Below are positions 10,522 through 21,300 of a stretch of DNA of 64,000 nucleotides, in pieces (the stretch's first letter is position 1; each line of letters begins with the position of its first letter). Made by a program: the position numbers and the translations under genes. The stretch comes from an uncultured delta proteobacterium (GTDB taxonomy: Bacteria > Desulfobacterota > Desulfobacteria > Desulfobacterales > JAFDCJ01). The stretch lies in NCBI GenBank assembly GCA_963769935.1, contig CAVYNY010000013.1, positions 96,001-160,000 of the forward strand. The letters run 5' to 3'. Below the pieces are notes generated by a model, which was given only the letters and a program-made list of their open reading frames with translations, had not been told where the DNA came from and did not search any database.

Positions 10522-10753
10522 CCTTACCTTGGATAAACCAGAACCCAAAAAGCAGGCGGTTGCTCGAATTTCATACTTTTATTTAGAAACTATTTAACTA
10601 AAATCACGTCGTGTTTGCACATGAATTATGCAGCAATCAGATTGAATATTTTAGGTATGTTACCGATTTTAAATTTAAAAGACAGAGCGAAGCGATACAA
10701 CAGATATTCAATCTTCAATTTTCAATATTCAATTCCGGCTTGTCCGGGTTAGG
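10522..10753. repeat. Non-coding repeat / MITE-like element with imperfect terminal inverted repeats
   Basis: Left end ccttaccttggataaaccagaa versus right end ttccggcttgtccgggttagg; the same terminal motif recurs at about 41523-41542; an internal gacagagcgaagcga motif recurs in reverse at about 25333-25349. Confidence 0.45.
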
Positions 10754-12242
10754 GGCGGGTGCGGGCAGGGAGTCGGGCCGGCAGGGAAAATGTAAAACAG
10801 GTGCCGGTTCCCGGTGCACTTTCGACCCTGATGGTTCGATCGTGCAATTCTAGGATGCGCCTGGCAATGGCCAGTCCGAGTCCGGAATATCCTGTTTTGC
10901 CGTTTTGCGTTTGATCTCTGTGATAAAATCGGTCAAAAATAAACGGCATATCTTCCGCAGGGATACCGCAACCGGTATCGCTGACACGCACGGCGATATC
11001 ACCGTTTTGCGGGCTGAAAGCCAGCCGGATCGAACCGCCGGCGGGGGTGTGGCGCACGGCGTTTTCGAGCAGGTTTTCGATGACCCGCTCAATCATGGCG
11101 ATGTCGGCGTTTGCGAAAGGCAGGCTTTGATCAAGGTCGACCTGAATGGCGATTTGTTTTTCACGGGCGGATAAATCGAATTTTTGTACCACATCCTGCG
11201 CCAACTCGCCGATGTTAAACGGTTCATAGCGGGCCTTGGTCTCATGTGAATCCAGTTTGGCGAGTTCGAAAAGCGCATCGACCAGTTTAGCGAGCCTCTC
11301 ACAATGCCGGATGGCAATCTCAAGGTGTTGTTTGCGTTCCTGGGCGGTCAGGTTTTTGTCTTTAAGAAAAAGCGTTTCGATATACCCCTGCAATGTGGCC
11401 AGCGGCGTTCGCAGGTCGTGGGACACGTTGGCGACAAGTTCACGGCGCGACATGTCCGCCTTTTGCAATTTTTCCATTTGCAAATTAATGCGTTCAACGA
11501 GCTGATTAAACGTAAAAGTCAATCGGTCGATTTCATCGCCCTGCTGCCGGTCCTTGACGCGGATGGATTGCAGCCGGGCCGCCGTCTGCGCCCCGTCGAA
11601 GGAATCCATAACGGAGGCCAGGCGTCTCAGTCGACGGGTCAGGTAGGCAAACAACAGCAATCCCGTAACCAGCGCAAAAAAAAGGCTGGCGGCGATCCAC
11701 CAGAAGCTTAACCGCAGGATGTAGCTGCCTTTGAGGTTCTGGACGATGCTGTCGAAAATTTCTCCGCCCAGGATAATGTACAGATATCCCTGCAGCGGGC
11801 CCTGTTCCGGAATGCGCGCGGCCGTAAAAACTTTTTTTCTTCCCGGATTGCGGGGGTCATCGCCGGTCAGCGGAAGCACGACGTCCTTTTCAAACCAGGA
11901 CTTGATCGGCGCCATATCAACGCGGTCCAGCTTGACCTTGCCGGGCGGTGCCGAATAGGCCAGGATCCGGCCGGCGGGATCAAGCAGGTAAACCTCAATG
12001 CTGGGATTGACCACCATCAGCATGTTAAAAATATCTTTGAGCCCCTTCTCATTGATGCGATGCGCCTGCATGAGGATCTTTTGGGCGACGATTTGCCGGG
12101 CCAGATTGCGGTTGAGTTTCTGAACGACTTCCTGCTGGTACATGTCCGATGCAAACTGGGTGACAATGACAATCGACACGCCCAGCAAACAAAACACCCC
12201 GAGCAGTGTCATCGCAAGTTTTGCGTAAAGGGATTTAACCAT
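10749..12242 (-). CDS. HAMP-domain sensor histidine kinase
   Basis: Two TM segments around a periplasmic domain, HAMP (GDEIDRL), H-box NVSHDLRTPL, N-box NLLENA, DTGCGI, GLGLAI; TGATG overlap with the regulator. Confidence 0.93.
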   Translation of the reverse strand: MVKSLYAKLAMTLLGVFCLLGVSIVIVTQFASDMYQQEVVQKLNRNLARQIVAQKILMQAHRINEKGLKDIFNMLMVVNPSIEVYLLDPAGRILAYSAPPGKVKLDRVDMAPIKSWFEKDVVLPLTGDDPRNPGRKKVFTAARIPEQGPLQGYLYIILGGEIFDSIVQNLKGSYILRLSFWWIAASLFFALVTGLLLFAYLTRRLRRLASVMDSFDGAQTAARLQSIRVKDRQQGDEIDRLTFTFNQLVERINLQMEKLQKADMSRRELVANVSHDLRTPLATLQGYIETLFLKDKNLTAQERKQHLEIAIRHCERLAKLVDALFELAKLDSHETKARYEPFNIGELAQDVVQKFDLSAREKQIAIQVDLDQSLPFANADIAMIERVIENLLENAVRHTPAGGSIRLAFSPQNGDIAVRVSDTGCGIPAEDMPFIFDRFYHRDQTQNGKTGYSGLGLAIARRILELHDRTIRVESAPGTGTCFTFSLPARLPARTRP

Positions 12243-12964
12243 CAGCCGGATTCTTTCAAAGCTTCGCTGTCTACAAACTTGTAGCCGACCCCCCATACGG
12301 TGAGAATATATACGGGATGAGCGGGATCCTTTTCGATCTTGGCGCGCAGCCGATTGATGTGCGAATTGACCGTATGCTCGTAGCCGTCATGCCCGTAGCC
12401 CCAGACTCTATCCAGCAGCTGGGACCGGGTATAGACCTTGCCGGGGTTGCGGGCAAAATGCAGCAGCAGGTCGAATTCCTTGGCCGTCAGGTCGACGCTT
12501 TGACCCCCGCAGCGGGCAATTCTTTTGGTTGGATCAATCTCCAGGTCGGCGGCCCGGATGACGGCCGGCACAGCCTCACCGGTCCCCTCCGTTAATTCCT
12601 CCACGCGTCTTAAGATGGCTTTGACCCTCGCCAGCAGTTCTCTGATGCTGAACGGTTTGGTGACGTAGTCGTCCGCCCCTATTTCCAGCCCGAGCACCCG
12701 GTCCATTTCCGAGGACTTGGCGGTCAGCATCAGGATGGGCAGGTAAGCGGGCCTGCGGCGCAGGCGCCGGCAGACTTCCATGCCGTCCAGCCCCGGCAGC
12801 ATCAAATCGAGGATCACTAAATCATAATTAACAGAATTTGCTCTGGCAAGCCCTGTTGGACCGTCAAAGGCCACATCGACCTGAAATGCCAGGTCCCGCA
12901 GATGATTTTCTACAAGATGCGCCAGGTCCCGGTTGTCTTCAATGATTAGAATTTTTTTGGTCAT
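12242..12964 (-). CDS. OmpR/PhoB-family DNA-binding response regulator
   Basis: ILIIED, LDLMLPGLDG, GADDYVTKPF, TVNSHINRLRAKIE, TVWGVGY. Confidence 0.95.
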   Translation of the reverse strand: MTKKILIIEDNRDLAHLVENHLRDLAFQVDVAFDGPTGLARANSVNYDLVILDLMLPGLDGMEVCRRLRRRPAYLPILMLTAKSSEMDRVLGLEIGADDYVTKPFSIRELLARVKAILRRVEELTEGTGEAVPAVIRAADLEIDPTKRIARCGGQSVDLTAKEFDLLLHFARNPGKVYTRSQLLDRVWGYGHDGYEHTVNSHINRLRAKIEKDPAHPVYILTVWGVGYKFVDSEALKESG

Positions 12965-13119
12965 GCGGGTGGTCACTTGATGGATTATTGACGCTTGACG
13001 ATTTAAGGATTTCAATCGTTTTTAATTTTATAAAATGCCAAATTGCCTCAAAAAAGTAAATAAAAGAATATTTTTTTCATTTGACAAAATTTCTGTATTC
13101 AATAATCTTGTTCGCAGAT

Positions 13120-13328
13120 CGATCCAAGCAACCTATTTCGAGACCGAACTGGTTACCCAGATCCGCAACGATCCGGAGCGCTTCAATTTCATCAACGAAC
13201 GCACGCCCATGGGCCGGTGGGGCTATTTGCCCGAGCTGGAAGGCGCCCTGACATTTCTGGTCTCCCCGGCCTCGGATTTCATCACCGGCCGGACGATCTA
13301 TGTCGACGGCGGATGGACGATATGGTAG
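13120..13328 (+). pseudogene. C-terminal remnant of an SDR oxidoreductase (KduD/gluconate-5-dehydrogenase-like)
   Basis: TPMGRWG..PELEGA..FL.S.ASDFITG.TIYVDGGW present; Rossmann fold and YxxxK region absent. Confidence 0.8.
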
Positions 13329-13403
13329 TTTTTTGTTATAAATCGATAGCTAATAACCATTAAACCATTAACCAAAAACCAATAACTAATACCGGGAGCC
13401 ACC

Positions 13404-14876
13404 ATGAAACTAAAAAACGGGGCGGAATATATCGAAAGTTTGCGTCAATTGAAGCCCAATATATACTACAAAGGCGAGCGCATCACGGATGTCACGCGTC
13501 ATCCAGCGACGGCGCCGCATGTGCGCGCCGCCTCCATGACCTACGCGCTGGCCGCCAAGCCGAAGTACCGCGATCTGGCCACGGCCACTTCCCACCTGAC
13601 GGGCCGCACCATCAGTCGCTTTACCCACGTGCATCAAAACATCGAAGACCTGATCAAAAAGATCAAACTGCTGCGGGTGCTGGGTCAGAAAACCGGCACC
13701 TGTTTTCAGCGCTGTGTGGGATTTGACGGCATCAACGCCGTATATTCGGTGGCCTATGAGATCGATCGGAAGCATGGCACCGATTATCTGAAACGGTTCA
13801 CATCGTGGCTGATCGGCATTCAGGACGAAAACCGGATGGTGGTCGGCGCCATGACCGACCCCAAGGGCGACCGCTCCAAAAGCCCGGCCCAGCAGCCGGA
13901 TCCGGACCAGTATGTGCACGTGGTCGAACGCCGAGCCGACGGCGTGGTCATCCGGGGCGCCAAGCTGCACATGACCGGCGCGGTCAACTCCCATGAAATT
14001 CTGGTCATGCCCACCACCGCGCTGGACGAGCGTTCAAAGGACTTTGCGATGGTGTGTGCGATTCCGATCGACGCCCCCGGCATCACCTTGATTTTCGGCC
14101 GCCAGGCGGGCGACGACCGACGCGACAAGCAGGAGCGGATCGACTCGGGCAAGCCGCGCTTCGGGATCGTGGGCGGCGAGGCCGTGATCGCATTCGAAGA
14201 TGTGTTCGTGCCCAATGAGCGGATTTTCCTGAACGGCGAGACCGAGTTTACCGGCCTGCTGGTCTATCGTTTTGCGGCCCATCACCGGGCCAATTACGGG
14301 GCCTGCAAAACCGGGCTGATGGATGTGCTGACAGGGGCGGTCAGCTACCTCGCGCAGATTCAGGGGGCAGCCCAGGGCTCGCATATCAAAGACAAGGTGA
14401 CCGAGATGATCCACCTGAGCGAGACCCTTTACAGCTCATCGATCGCCTGTTCGGCCGAAGGGGTGCCGACCCCCTCCGGGGCTTACATGGTGGACACGAT
14501 GCTGGCCAACGTCTGCAAGCAGAATGTGACCCGCTTCCACTTCGAAGTGGCGCGGCTGGCCACCGACATTGCGGGCGGGTTCATCGCCACCATGCCCAGC
14601 GAGTACGACCTGAGAAGCGAGGATGTCGGCCATCTGGTCAAAAAGTATTTTGTCGGGGTGTCCGAGATTCCCGTGGAAGACCGCATCAAGATCGGCCGGC
14701 TGATCGAGGCCATGACCGGCGGCACGGCCATGGTGGAGTCCATGCACGGGGCCGGCTCGCCCCAGGCCCAGCGCATCATGATTTTTCGAGAAGGCAAACT
14801 GGCCGAAAAAATCAAGCTCGCCAAAGCCCTGGCGGGGATTCCCCAGCACAAAAAAGGGGAAAAGGCGTCGAAATGA
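13404..14876 (+). CDS. abfD: 4-hydroxybutyryl-CoA dehydratase / vinylacetyl-CoA isomerase (AbfD-like, HpaB superfamily)
   Basis: TGTCFQRCVG and HHRANYGACK supply the Cys/Cys/His/Cys [4Fe-4S] ligand pattern; GAMTDPKGDR; ESMHGAGSPQAQRI. Confidence 0.85.
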   Translation: MKLKNGAEYIESLRQLKPNIYYKGERITDVTRHPATAPHVRAASMTYALAAKPKYRDLATATSHLTGRTISRFTHVHQNIEDLIKKIKLLRVLGQKTGTCFQRCVGFDGINAVYSVAYEIDRKHGTDYLKRFTSWLIGIQDENRMVVGAMTDPKGDRSKSPAQQPDPDQYVHVVERRADGVVIRGAKLHMTGAVNSHEILVMPTTALDERSKDFAMVCAIPIDAPGITLIFGRQAGDDRRDKQERIDSGKPRFGIVGGEAVIAFEDVFVPNERIFLNGETEFTGLLVYRFAAHHRANYGACKTGLMDVLTGAVSYLAQIQGAAQGSHIKDKVTEMIHLSETLYSSSIACSAEGVPTPSGAYMVDTMLANVCKQNVTRFHFEVARLATDIAGGFIATMPSEYDLRSEDVGHLVKKYFVGVSEIPVEDRIKIGRLIEAMTGGTAMVESMHGAGSPQAQRIMIFREGKLAEKIKLAKALAGIPQHKKGEKASK

Positions 14877-15443
14877 CTTCTTATTACAACCAGAAACCGT
14901 GGCGGGCAACCTATCCCGAATGGCTGCCGGGGGAACTTCCGGTACCGGTGGTCAGCCTGCTGGACGAATTTATACAGTCCGCCACCGCCTATCCGGATGA
15001 TCCGTGTCTCCACTACTATGAACGGATACCGGGAAAAACCGGAGGAAACGGCCAATGCCATTCGCAACGGCCGCTTGCACACCGGCGATGTGGCTAAGCT
15101 CGATGAACACGGCTGGTGTTTCATCGCCGACCGCCAAAAATATCTAATCAACGCCTCCGGGTCTAAAGTCTGGCCGCGCGAAGTGGAGGACGTACTCAAT
15201 CAGCATCCCGGGGTCAGAGAAGCGGCCGTGGTCGGCGTACCGGATGCTTACCGGGGCGAAACAGTCAAAGCTTTTGTTGCCCTGACGGACGAGTACAGAG
15301 AAACCGTCACAGCGAACGACTTGACTCACTTTTGCAAAGAGCGCATGGCAGCCTATAAGTATCCACGGATCGTCGAAATCATCGATGAAGTTCCCAAGAC
15401 GCTGACCGGAAAGTATTTGCGGCGCAAACTGCGCGAGGTCTAA
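14873..15443 (+). pseudogene. Long-chain acyl-CoA ligase with a large internal deletion and frameshift
   Basis: N-terminal ~49 codons (KPW...YP) joined out of frame near 15020 to the C-terminal AMP-binding segment (LHTGD, PREVEDVL, YKYPR, PKTLTGK); the central core with the P-loop is missing. Confidence 0.85.
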
Positions 15444-15514
15444 GGCATAGGATCTCACCGCCGAAAAATTATTACTGCGAATACGTCACCGCAATTACGA
15501 AGAAGAGTACTTAG

Positions 15515-16774
15515 CTAGAAATCCAGGCCGAAAAATTTGATAAAAAACCGCTCGGCACATTTTTGCAGGACGGCATAGGAGTAATGTTTTAAGGCGATTT
15601 CATAATTCGTATTCACCATGATCTCTCGTCGTTCAGGGGATGTTAAAATCTCTTTGACCCGGGATACGGTTCTCCGGTTTAGATATCCGTCCATGGCAAT
15701 CAAATCGAATCCCTTAGGCTCAATATCTCTGACAAAAGTCGCATAACGATTGATGAGCAATGGTTTCCTGAAATAGACGGCATCAAGAAAGGCATTGCCG
15801 AAACCCTCATACAGGCTCGGATAGGTTATGAAATCCGCGTGGGGGTAAACATCCCACAGCGAAATCTGACGGCCATGCGATTCAAAGCCGGCGGGGTCGT
15901 CAGAGCTCGTATTTACCATTCGCAGATCCACGCCCCTTTGCAGGGCACTTTCCTGCAGCCAGATTCCGTATTCATAAGCTTCGGCTTCAACTTCATGAGT
16001 GATAAGCAGCTTGTAACGCGGATCGCCCAATTCCTCCACCAGTTGAATAGCGTGTTCGATACCTTTGCGCGGGATGATGTAGGTCGGCTGCAGAATGATG
16101 ACATCATCCGGTTTGAATCCCAGCGATTCCCGGAATTTTCGGATCTGTTTTTGATGGACTGTCGGGGGATTTTCAAAATCCTGGACATTCGGGATGATTG
16201 TCGACGAGATTCCGGCGCGCAACGCCAGTTCCTCCTGAGCCGCCGAGTTGATAACCACATGTTCTATGTTGGGCAGGTTCGGGGGAAATGCCATTCGCAG
16301 GTAATCTCCCACGGAATTTACCAGAAAACGGGGACTCTCCCAGTAGAAATTGTGGTGGTGCGCGACGGTAGGGATCTGGGTTTCGGCAATCGTTTCGGTC
16401 AGCGCAAGCCCGAGCGGAATGTGAACGGGATTGGTCAGAACATTGTGGGCGATGATAAGGTCTATCTTGAAGCGCCGGATAAATTCCTTGAGCTGCTGCT
16501 TCAAACAAACTTTCAGCTCGTAAATGCTGTCGGTAACCGATGCGTCGCGCCTCTTTTTCCCGAAAACCTGCTGATCGATCCAATGGTTTTTTTCATACAG
16601 GACAGCGGCTTCCGGCACCAGAAAGCTTTTATCCGGCGCACGATCCAGCATACCGGCAAACCAGAAACATTCGTGACTGTTTCTTTCCAGCACGGCAGCA
16701 CATTTGCCCGCTTCAAGGCTGACGCCGTCGGTCCCGGAAAATCGGGTTGCTATAAATCCTATATGCTTGCCCAT
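15515..16774 (-). CDS. GT4-family glycosyltransferase (mannosylglucosylglycerate-synthase-like)
   Basis: TRFSGTDGVSLE N-terminus, PRKGIEHAI, YPSLYEGFGNAFL. Confidence 0.85.
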   Translation of the reverse strand: MGKHIGFIATRFSGTDGVSLEAGKCAAVLERNSHECFWFAGMLDRAPDKSFLVPEAAVLYEKNHWIDQQVFGKKRRDASVTDSIYELKVCLKQQLKEFIRRFKIDLIIAHNVLTNPVHIPLGLALTETIAETQIPTVAHHHNFYWESPRFLVNSVGDYLRMAFPPNLPNIEHVVINSAAQEELALRAGISSTIIPNVQDFENPPTVHQKQIRKFRESLGFKPDDVIILQPTYIIPRKGIEHAIQLVEELGDPRYKLLITHEVEAEAYEYGIWLQESALQRGVDLRMVNTSSDDPAGFESHGRQISLWDVYPHADFITYPSLYEGFGNAFLDAVYFRKPLLINRYATFVRDIEPKGFDLIAMDGYLNRRTVSRVKEILTSPERREIMVNTNYEIALKHYSYAVLQKCAERFFIKFFGLDF

Positions 16775-17229
16775 GACGTTTTCGTTAGTTTTATATTATC
16801 CGGTGGGAAATCTAAAGGCTGTTTCAGCAGGAACAGATTCGGATCAGATGGAATTAGACGCCCAGATCATTAGATAGTTATATACACAATTCGGATGGAC
16901 CGGGTCAAGTAAATGCTAACATTGCATAAATATTTCTATATCTTCATGTTTGGTAGAAGTAATGCGGTCGTTTTTACCCCGACGATGCTGGCTGCTGGAT
17001 CCTTGATGCTGGATATTCTGGAATGCGCCGCGAGCGTGATCCGGAAACATCCAGTATCCAGAAACCAGTATCCAGGATCAGGCAATAATGCCAATGACTT
17101 TCATTACCCGGCTAAATTCAAGAAGATACTTTATGCAACTTAAGGGTAATGATAGGGTTATATAAGGCCGTCCCGCCAAGTAAAGGAACGGCCATTCATA
17201 CTGCCCGCGGCATACCCGCCCGGGATACT

Positions 17230-17952
17230 TTAGTCGAAGGCCATCTCCGTTTTCCAGGCCTGCCAGACTTTTCCGACCAGATCCGGGCCCGGCTTGAGCG
17301 TCGTTTTGCCCGGTTTCCAGCCGGAGGGCGTAGCTTCCTTGCCCTTTGATTCCCGGACAAGCTGGAAGGCCTGGACTTGCCGGAATGTTTCCCCCACGTT
17401 GCGTCCGACCGGCGGCGTCAGCACCTCGTAGCCCTGAATCACACCGTCCGGATCAATGATAAAGCGGCCCCGGTTTTCGACCCCGGCTTCTTCATTGAAG
17501 ACGCCATATACTTTTCCCACCTTGCCCCCGGTATCCGACAACATGGCAAAAGGAATTCCGCCGTCCACCATTTTTGACAACTCGTGGTCATCCCACATTT
17601 TGTGGACAAACACACTGTCGATGCTCATGGATATTACTTCAACGCCCAGCTTCTGAAACTCCGGGTATTTTTCAGCAACTGCTGAAATCTCCGTTGCTCA
17701 GACAAAGGTAAAGTCGCCCGGATAAAAACAGAGCAGTACCCATTTGCCTAAAAACTCCGACAGCTTAAGTGAAATAAATTGTCCCTTGTGATATCCCGGT
17801 GCTGCAAAATCCGGCGCCTTTTGGCCGACATGAATCATAGCTGAAATCTCCTTGCGAGTAGTTGGAATTTCGTTTTTGGTTTCTTCTTCAGCAATCTCAC
17901 CGACCGGACCGCCGGTCGGTCGTGCACAGCCGACATCCATCTTTTCCGCCAT
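17230..17952 (-). CDS. prxU: Selenocysteine-containing peroxiredoxin PrxU (240 aa; ORF track splits it in two)
   Basis: [12 protein letters not shown](17700-17698)[28 protein letters not shown] continues in frame; the UGA occupies the peroxidatic Cys position of PxxxTxxC; GGAGG RBS. Confidence 0.93.
17670..17687 (-). promoter_or_regulatory. SECIS-like hairpin of prxU
   Basis: mRNA UUUCAGC-AGUU-GCUGAAA stem-loop starting 10 nt after the UGA. Confidence 0.7.
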
Positions 17953-18323
17953 AATTCCCTCCTTTCATTTTATCAATAGTTATGGGATAATGTTCAAAAA
18001 CACATACCGTATTATAATTCTATTGTCAAAAGAAAAACGTTTCCCGCCAAACCCAATAGCCCCGCATTCCATTAGCCTATTACCTCATGCTATTCGATTG
18101 ACCTCCTATCCGATTACCTCCGATATCGACTGGAGAACATAGTTTTCAAAGCAGGGATAAGCACCCGTTCGAATTATGCCGAACTTGATATAAAGCCTGA
18201 GCTGCATTAATGTTAAAGGTCAGCCTTGTGCTATGCATTTATGGATGATACGGGTTGAATTTGACACGTGTGAAATGATTTGGTTATAGGCTTATTTAAA
18301 ACTGGGATAATGGCACACAAGCT

Positions 18324-21300
18324 ATGAAAGATACCGACACTCTCGCTGAAGAAGCAATCCGGCTGGCCACCCGCTGGCAGAATCGCGCCAACGAACTGCA
18401 GACTCCTCAGGAAAAGACACGCCACCGCAAATTCGAACGGCTGTTTACCAACCCCAGGGATAAAGTCATTCTGACCCGGATGATCGATCAGAGTTTTCGA
18501 ACTGCCAATAGACGGCGCGTGGCCGACCAGATCCATTATTTGCTGACCGCCTATGGAATCCCCTCTTTTTTTTCACTCCCCGAAAAGATTCTCATGCACC
18601 TTTTCATCCATGCCGGACGCTACCTGCCCGGGATTAGCGTGCCCCGCATCATCAACAAAATGCGGCAGGACAGCAGCCACATGATCATACCGGGTGAACG
18701 CGAAGCCCTAATGGCTTTTTTACGGAAACGCAGGCGCCAGGGAATTAAAATCAATATCAATCATATCGGCGAGGAGGTGCAGGGAGAGGAAGAGGCCGCT
18801 TCCCGTATGGATTTGTATCTGTCTGACCTCCAAAATCCGGCTGTGGAACACATCTCCATCAAAATTTCAACCATCTTTTCCCAGATTCAGCCGCTGGCGT
18901 TCGACCATACCGTGGATGTCCTGCAAAAACGCCTATCAACGCTTTATCGAACCGCGGCTGAAAATAAATTTGTACGCCAGGACGGCACCCGGATGCAAAA
19001 ATTTGTGCATCTGGACATGGAAGCGTACCGCGATCTGGCCATCACCGCCGAAGCCTTCATCCGCACGCTGGATCAGGCGGAATTTAAAAACTTTACCGCC
19101 GGCATGGCCCTGCAGGCCTATCTGCCCGACTCCTACCATATCCTGCGGGAAATTACCGCCTGGGCGCGCCGGCGCGTGGCCGGCGGCGGCAGCCCTGTTA
19201 AGATTCGCATCGTCAAAGGGGCCAACATGGAGATGGAGCAGGTTGAAGCGGCTTTGTACGATTGGCCCCTGGCACCTTTCGACAGCAAGGTGGAAACGGA
19301 TGCCAGCTGGAAGCGCATGGTTGATTTCGGCATGCAGCCTGAAAACATAAACGCCGTGCGGCTGGGAATCGCTTCGCACAATCTGTTTGACATCGCCTAT
19401 GCCTATCTGCGGGCCCGGGAAAACGGGGTCACCGACTATTTTACCTTTGAAATGATCGAGGGCATGGCCAATCATGTACGCCGCACCATCCAGGAGACCG
19501 GCCGGGAAATGGTGGTGTATGCGCCGGTGGCCACCCAAAAACAGTTCATTCACGCCATCGCCTACCTGATACGACGCCTGGATGAAAACACGGGCCCTGA
19601 AAATTTTCTGCGCCATTTAAACCAGCTGCAAACCAAAACCAGCTCCTGGGAGTTTTTAACGGATCACTTCAAATCATCCATCCGGCACAAGAGCCGGCCC
19701 CCGGCCCAGCCGCACCGCATCCAGAACCGGCTCACCGAAAAATTTCCGGACAAAATGGGCACCTACCATGAGGCCAACTTTAAAAACGAACCGAATACGG
19801 ATTGGTCGCTGGCCGCCAATCGGAAATGGGCGGATGAAATTCGACGCAAATGGAAAAAAGGTCCCCAGGACAAGCCAATGGAAATCCCGCTGGTGGTCGC
19901 CGCCAAAGAAATCTTTAACGGCCGGCGGATCCGGGAGATTATCGACCCTTCCCAAATTAACCGGAAAATCGTGGTCGCCCGCTTTGCCCTGGCCAATGCG
20001 CAGGATATTGAAAAAGCCGTTGCGATCGCCCATGAGGACGCGGACGGCTGGCGCCGCAAAACCCACCGGCAGCGTCACAGGATTCTCTCCCTGGCAGCCC
20101 ATGGAACTGCGCAAGGCGCGCGGAGACCTGATCGGGGCCGCAGCAGCCAATACCGGCAAGATTTTTACCGAGGCCGATGTGGAAGTATCCGAGGCGGTGG
20201 ACTTCACCGAATACTATCCTCACTCCGCCGCGGATTTTTTTGGAATAAGCCATACCCGCTGCCGCGGTAAAGGCGTCGGGGTGGTGATTTCACCCTGGAA
20301 CTTTCCGATTGCCATTCCCTGCGGGGGGATTGCAGCCGCGCTGGCAGCCGGCAACACCGTGATTTTCAAACCTTCATCCGATGCGGTCCTGGTGGCCTGG
20401 GAGGTGTGCCGCTGTTTCTGGCGCGCCGGCGTGCCCCAAACGGTCCTGCAATTTCTGCCCTGCGCCGGCGCCGACACCGCGGTCAGGCTCACCGGCCATC
20501 CGAAGGTGGACTTTATAATCCTGACCGGCGGCACGTCAACCGGGCTCGCCATTTTAAAGCAGCGGCCCGATATCTTTCTGGCGGCTGAAACCGGCGGCAA
20601 AAATGCCGTCATCGTCACCGACATGTCCGACCGCGATCAGGCCCTCAGCGATGTCATTTATTCGGCTTTCGGCAACAGCGGCCAAAAATGCTCGGCCACG
20701 TCGCTGCTTATCCTCGAACCCGAAGTCTATCAAGATTCAGGCTTTAAACGCCAGCTGGTCGACGCCGCCCGCAGCTGGGGTACCGGATCGGCATGGGATT
20801 TTTCCAATAAGATGGGGCCGTTGATTCAACCGCCGCGGAAAGATCTGGCCAAAGCGCTGACGGAATTGGAAGCCGGTGAATCCTGGGCGTTGAAACCCGA
20901 CAATATTGAAGACAACCCTCATTTGTGGACGCCGGGAATCAAGTGGGATGTCAGACCGGGAAGCTACACCCATATGACGGAATTCTTTGGACCGCTGCTG
21001 GCAGTTATGCGGGCCAAAGATCTCAAGCAGGCCGTTGAAATGGTCAATCAGACCGGATACGGCCTGACCTCGGGCCTCGAAAGCCTGGATCGGCGCGAGC
21101 AGGACTACTGGAAGTTGCACATCAAAGCCGGCAACCTGTATATCAATCGGGGCACGACCGGCGCGGTTACCCTGCGCCAGCCCTTCGGCGGGATGGGAAA
21201 ATCCGCCTTGGGAGCCGGCATCAAAGCCGGCAGTCCGAAGTATGTGGCGCAGTTTATGGCGTATGAGGAAAGCGGGCTGCCGGCGGTGGGGCCCGTTGCA

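Noticed and set aside
18005..18030. PerR/Fur-like box upstream of prxU
   Set aside because: AT-rich with only partial symmetry; not distinguishable from background.
20091..20110. Programmed ribosomal frameshift in putA
   Set aside because: No slippery sequence or stimulatory structure seen; I know of no precedent for putA.
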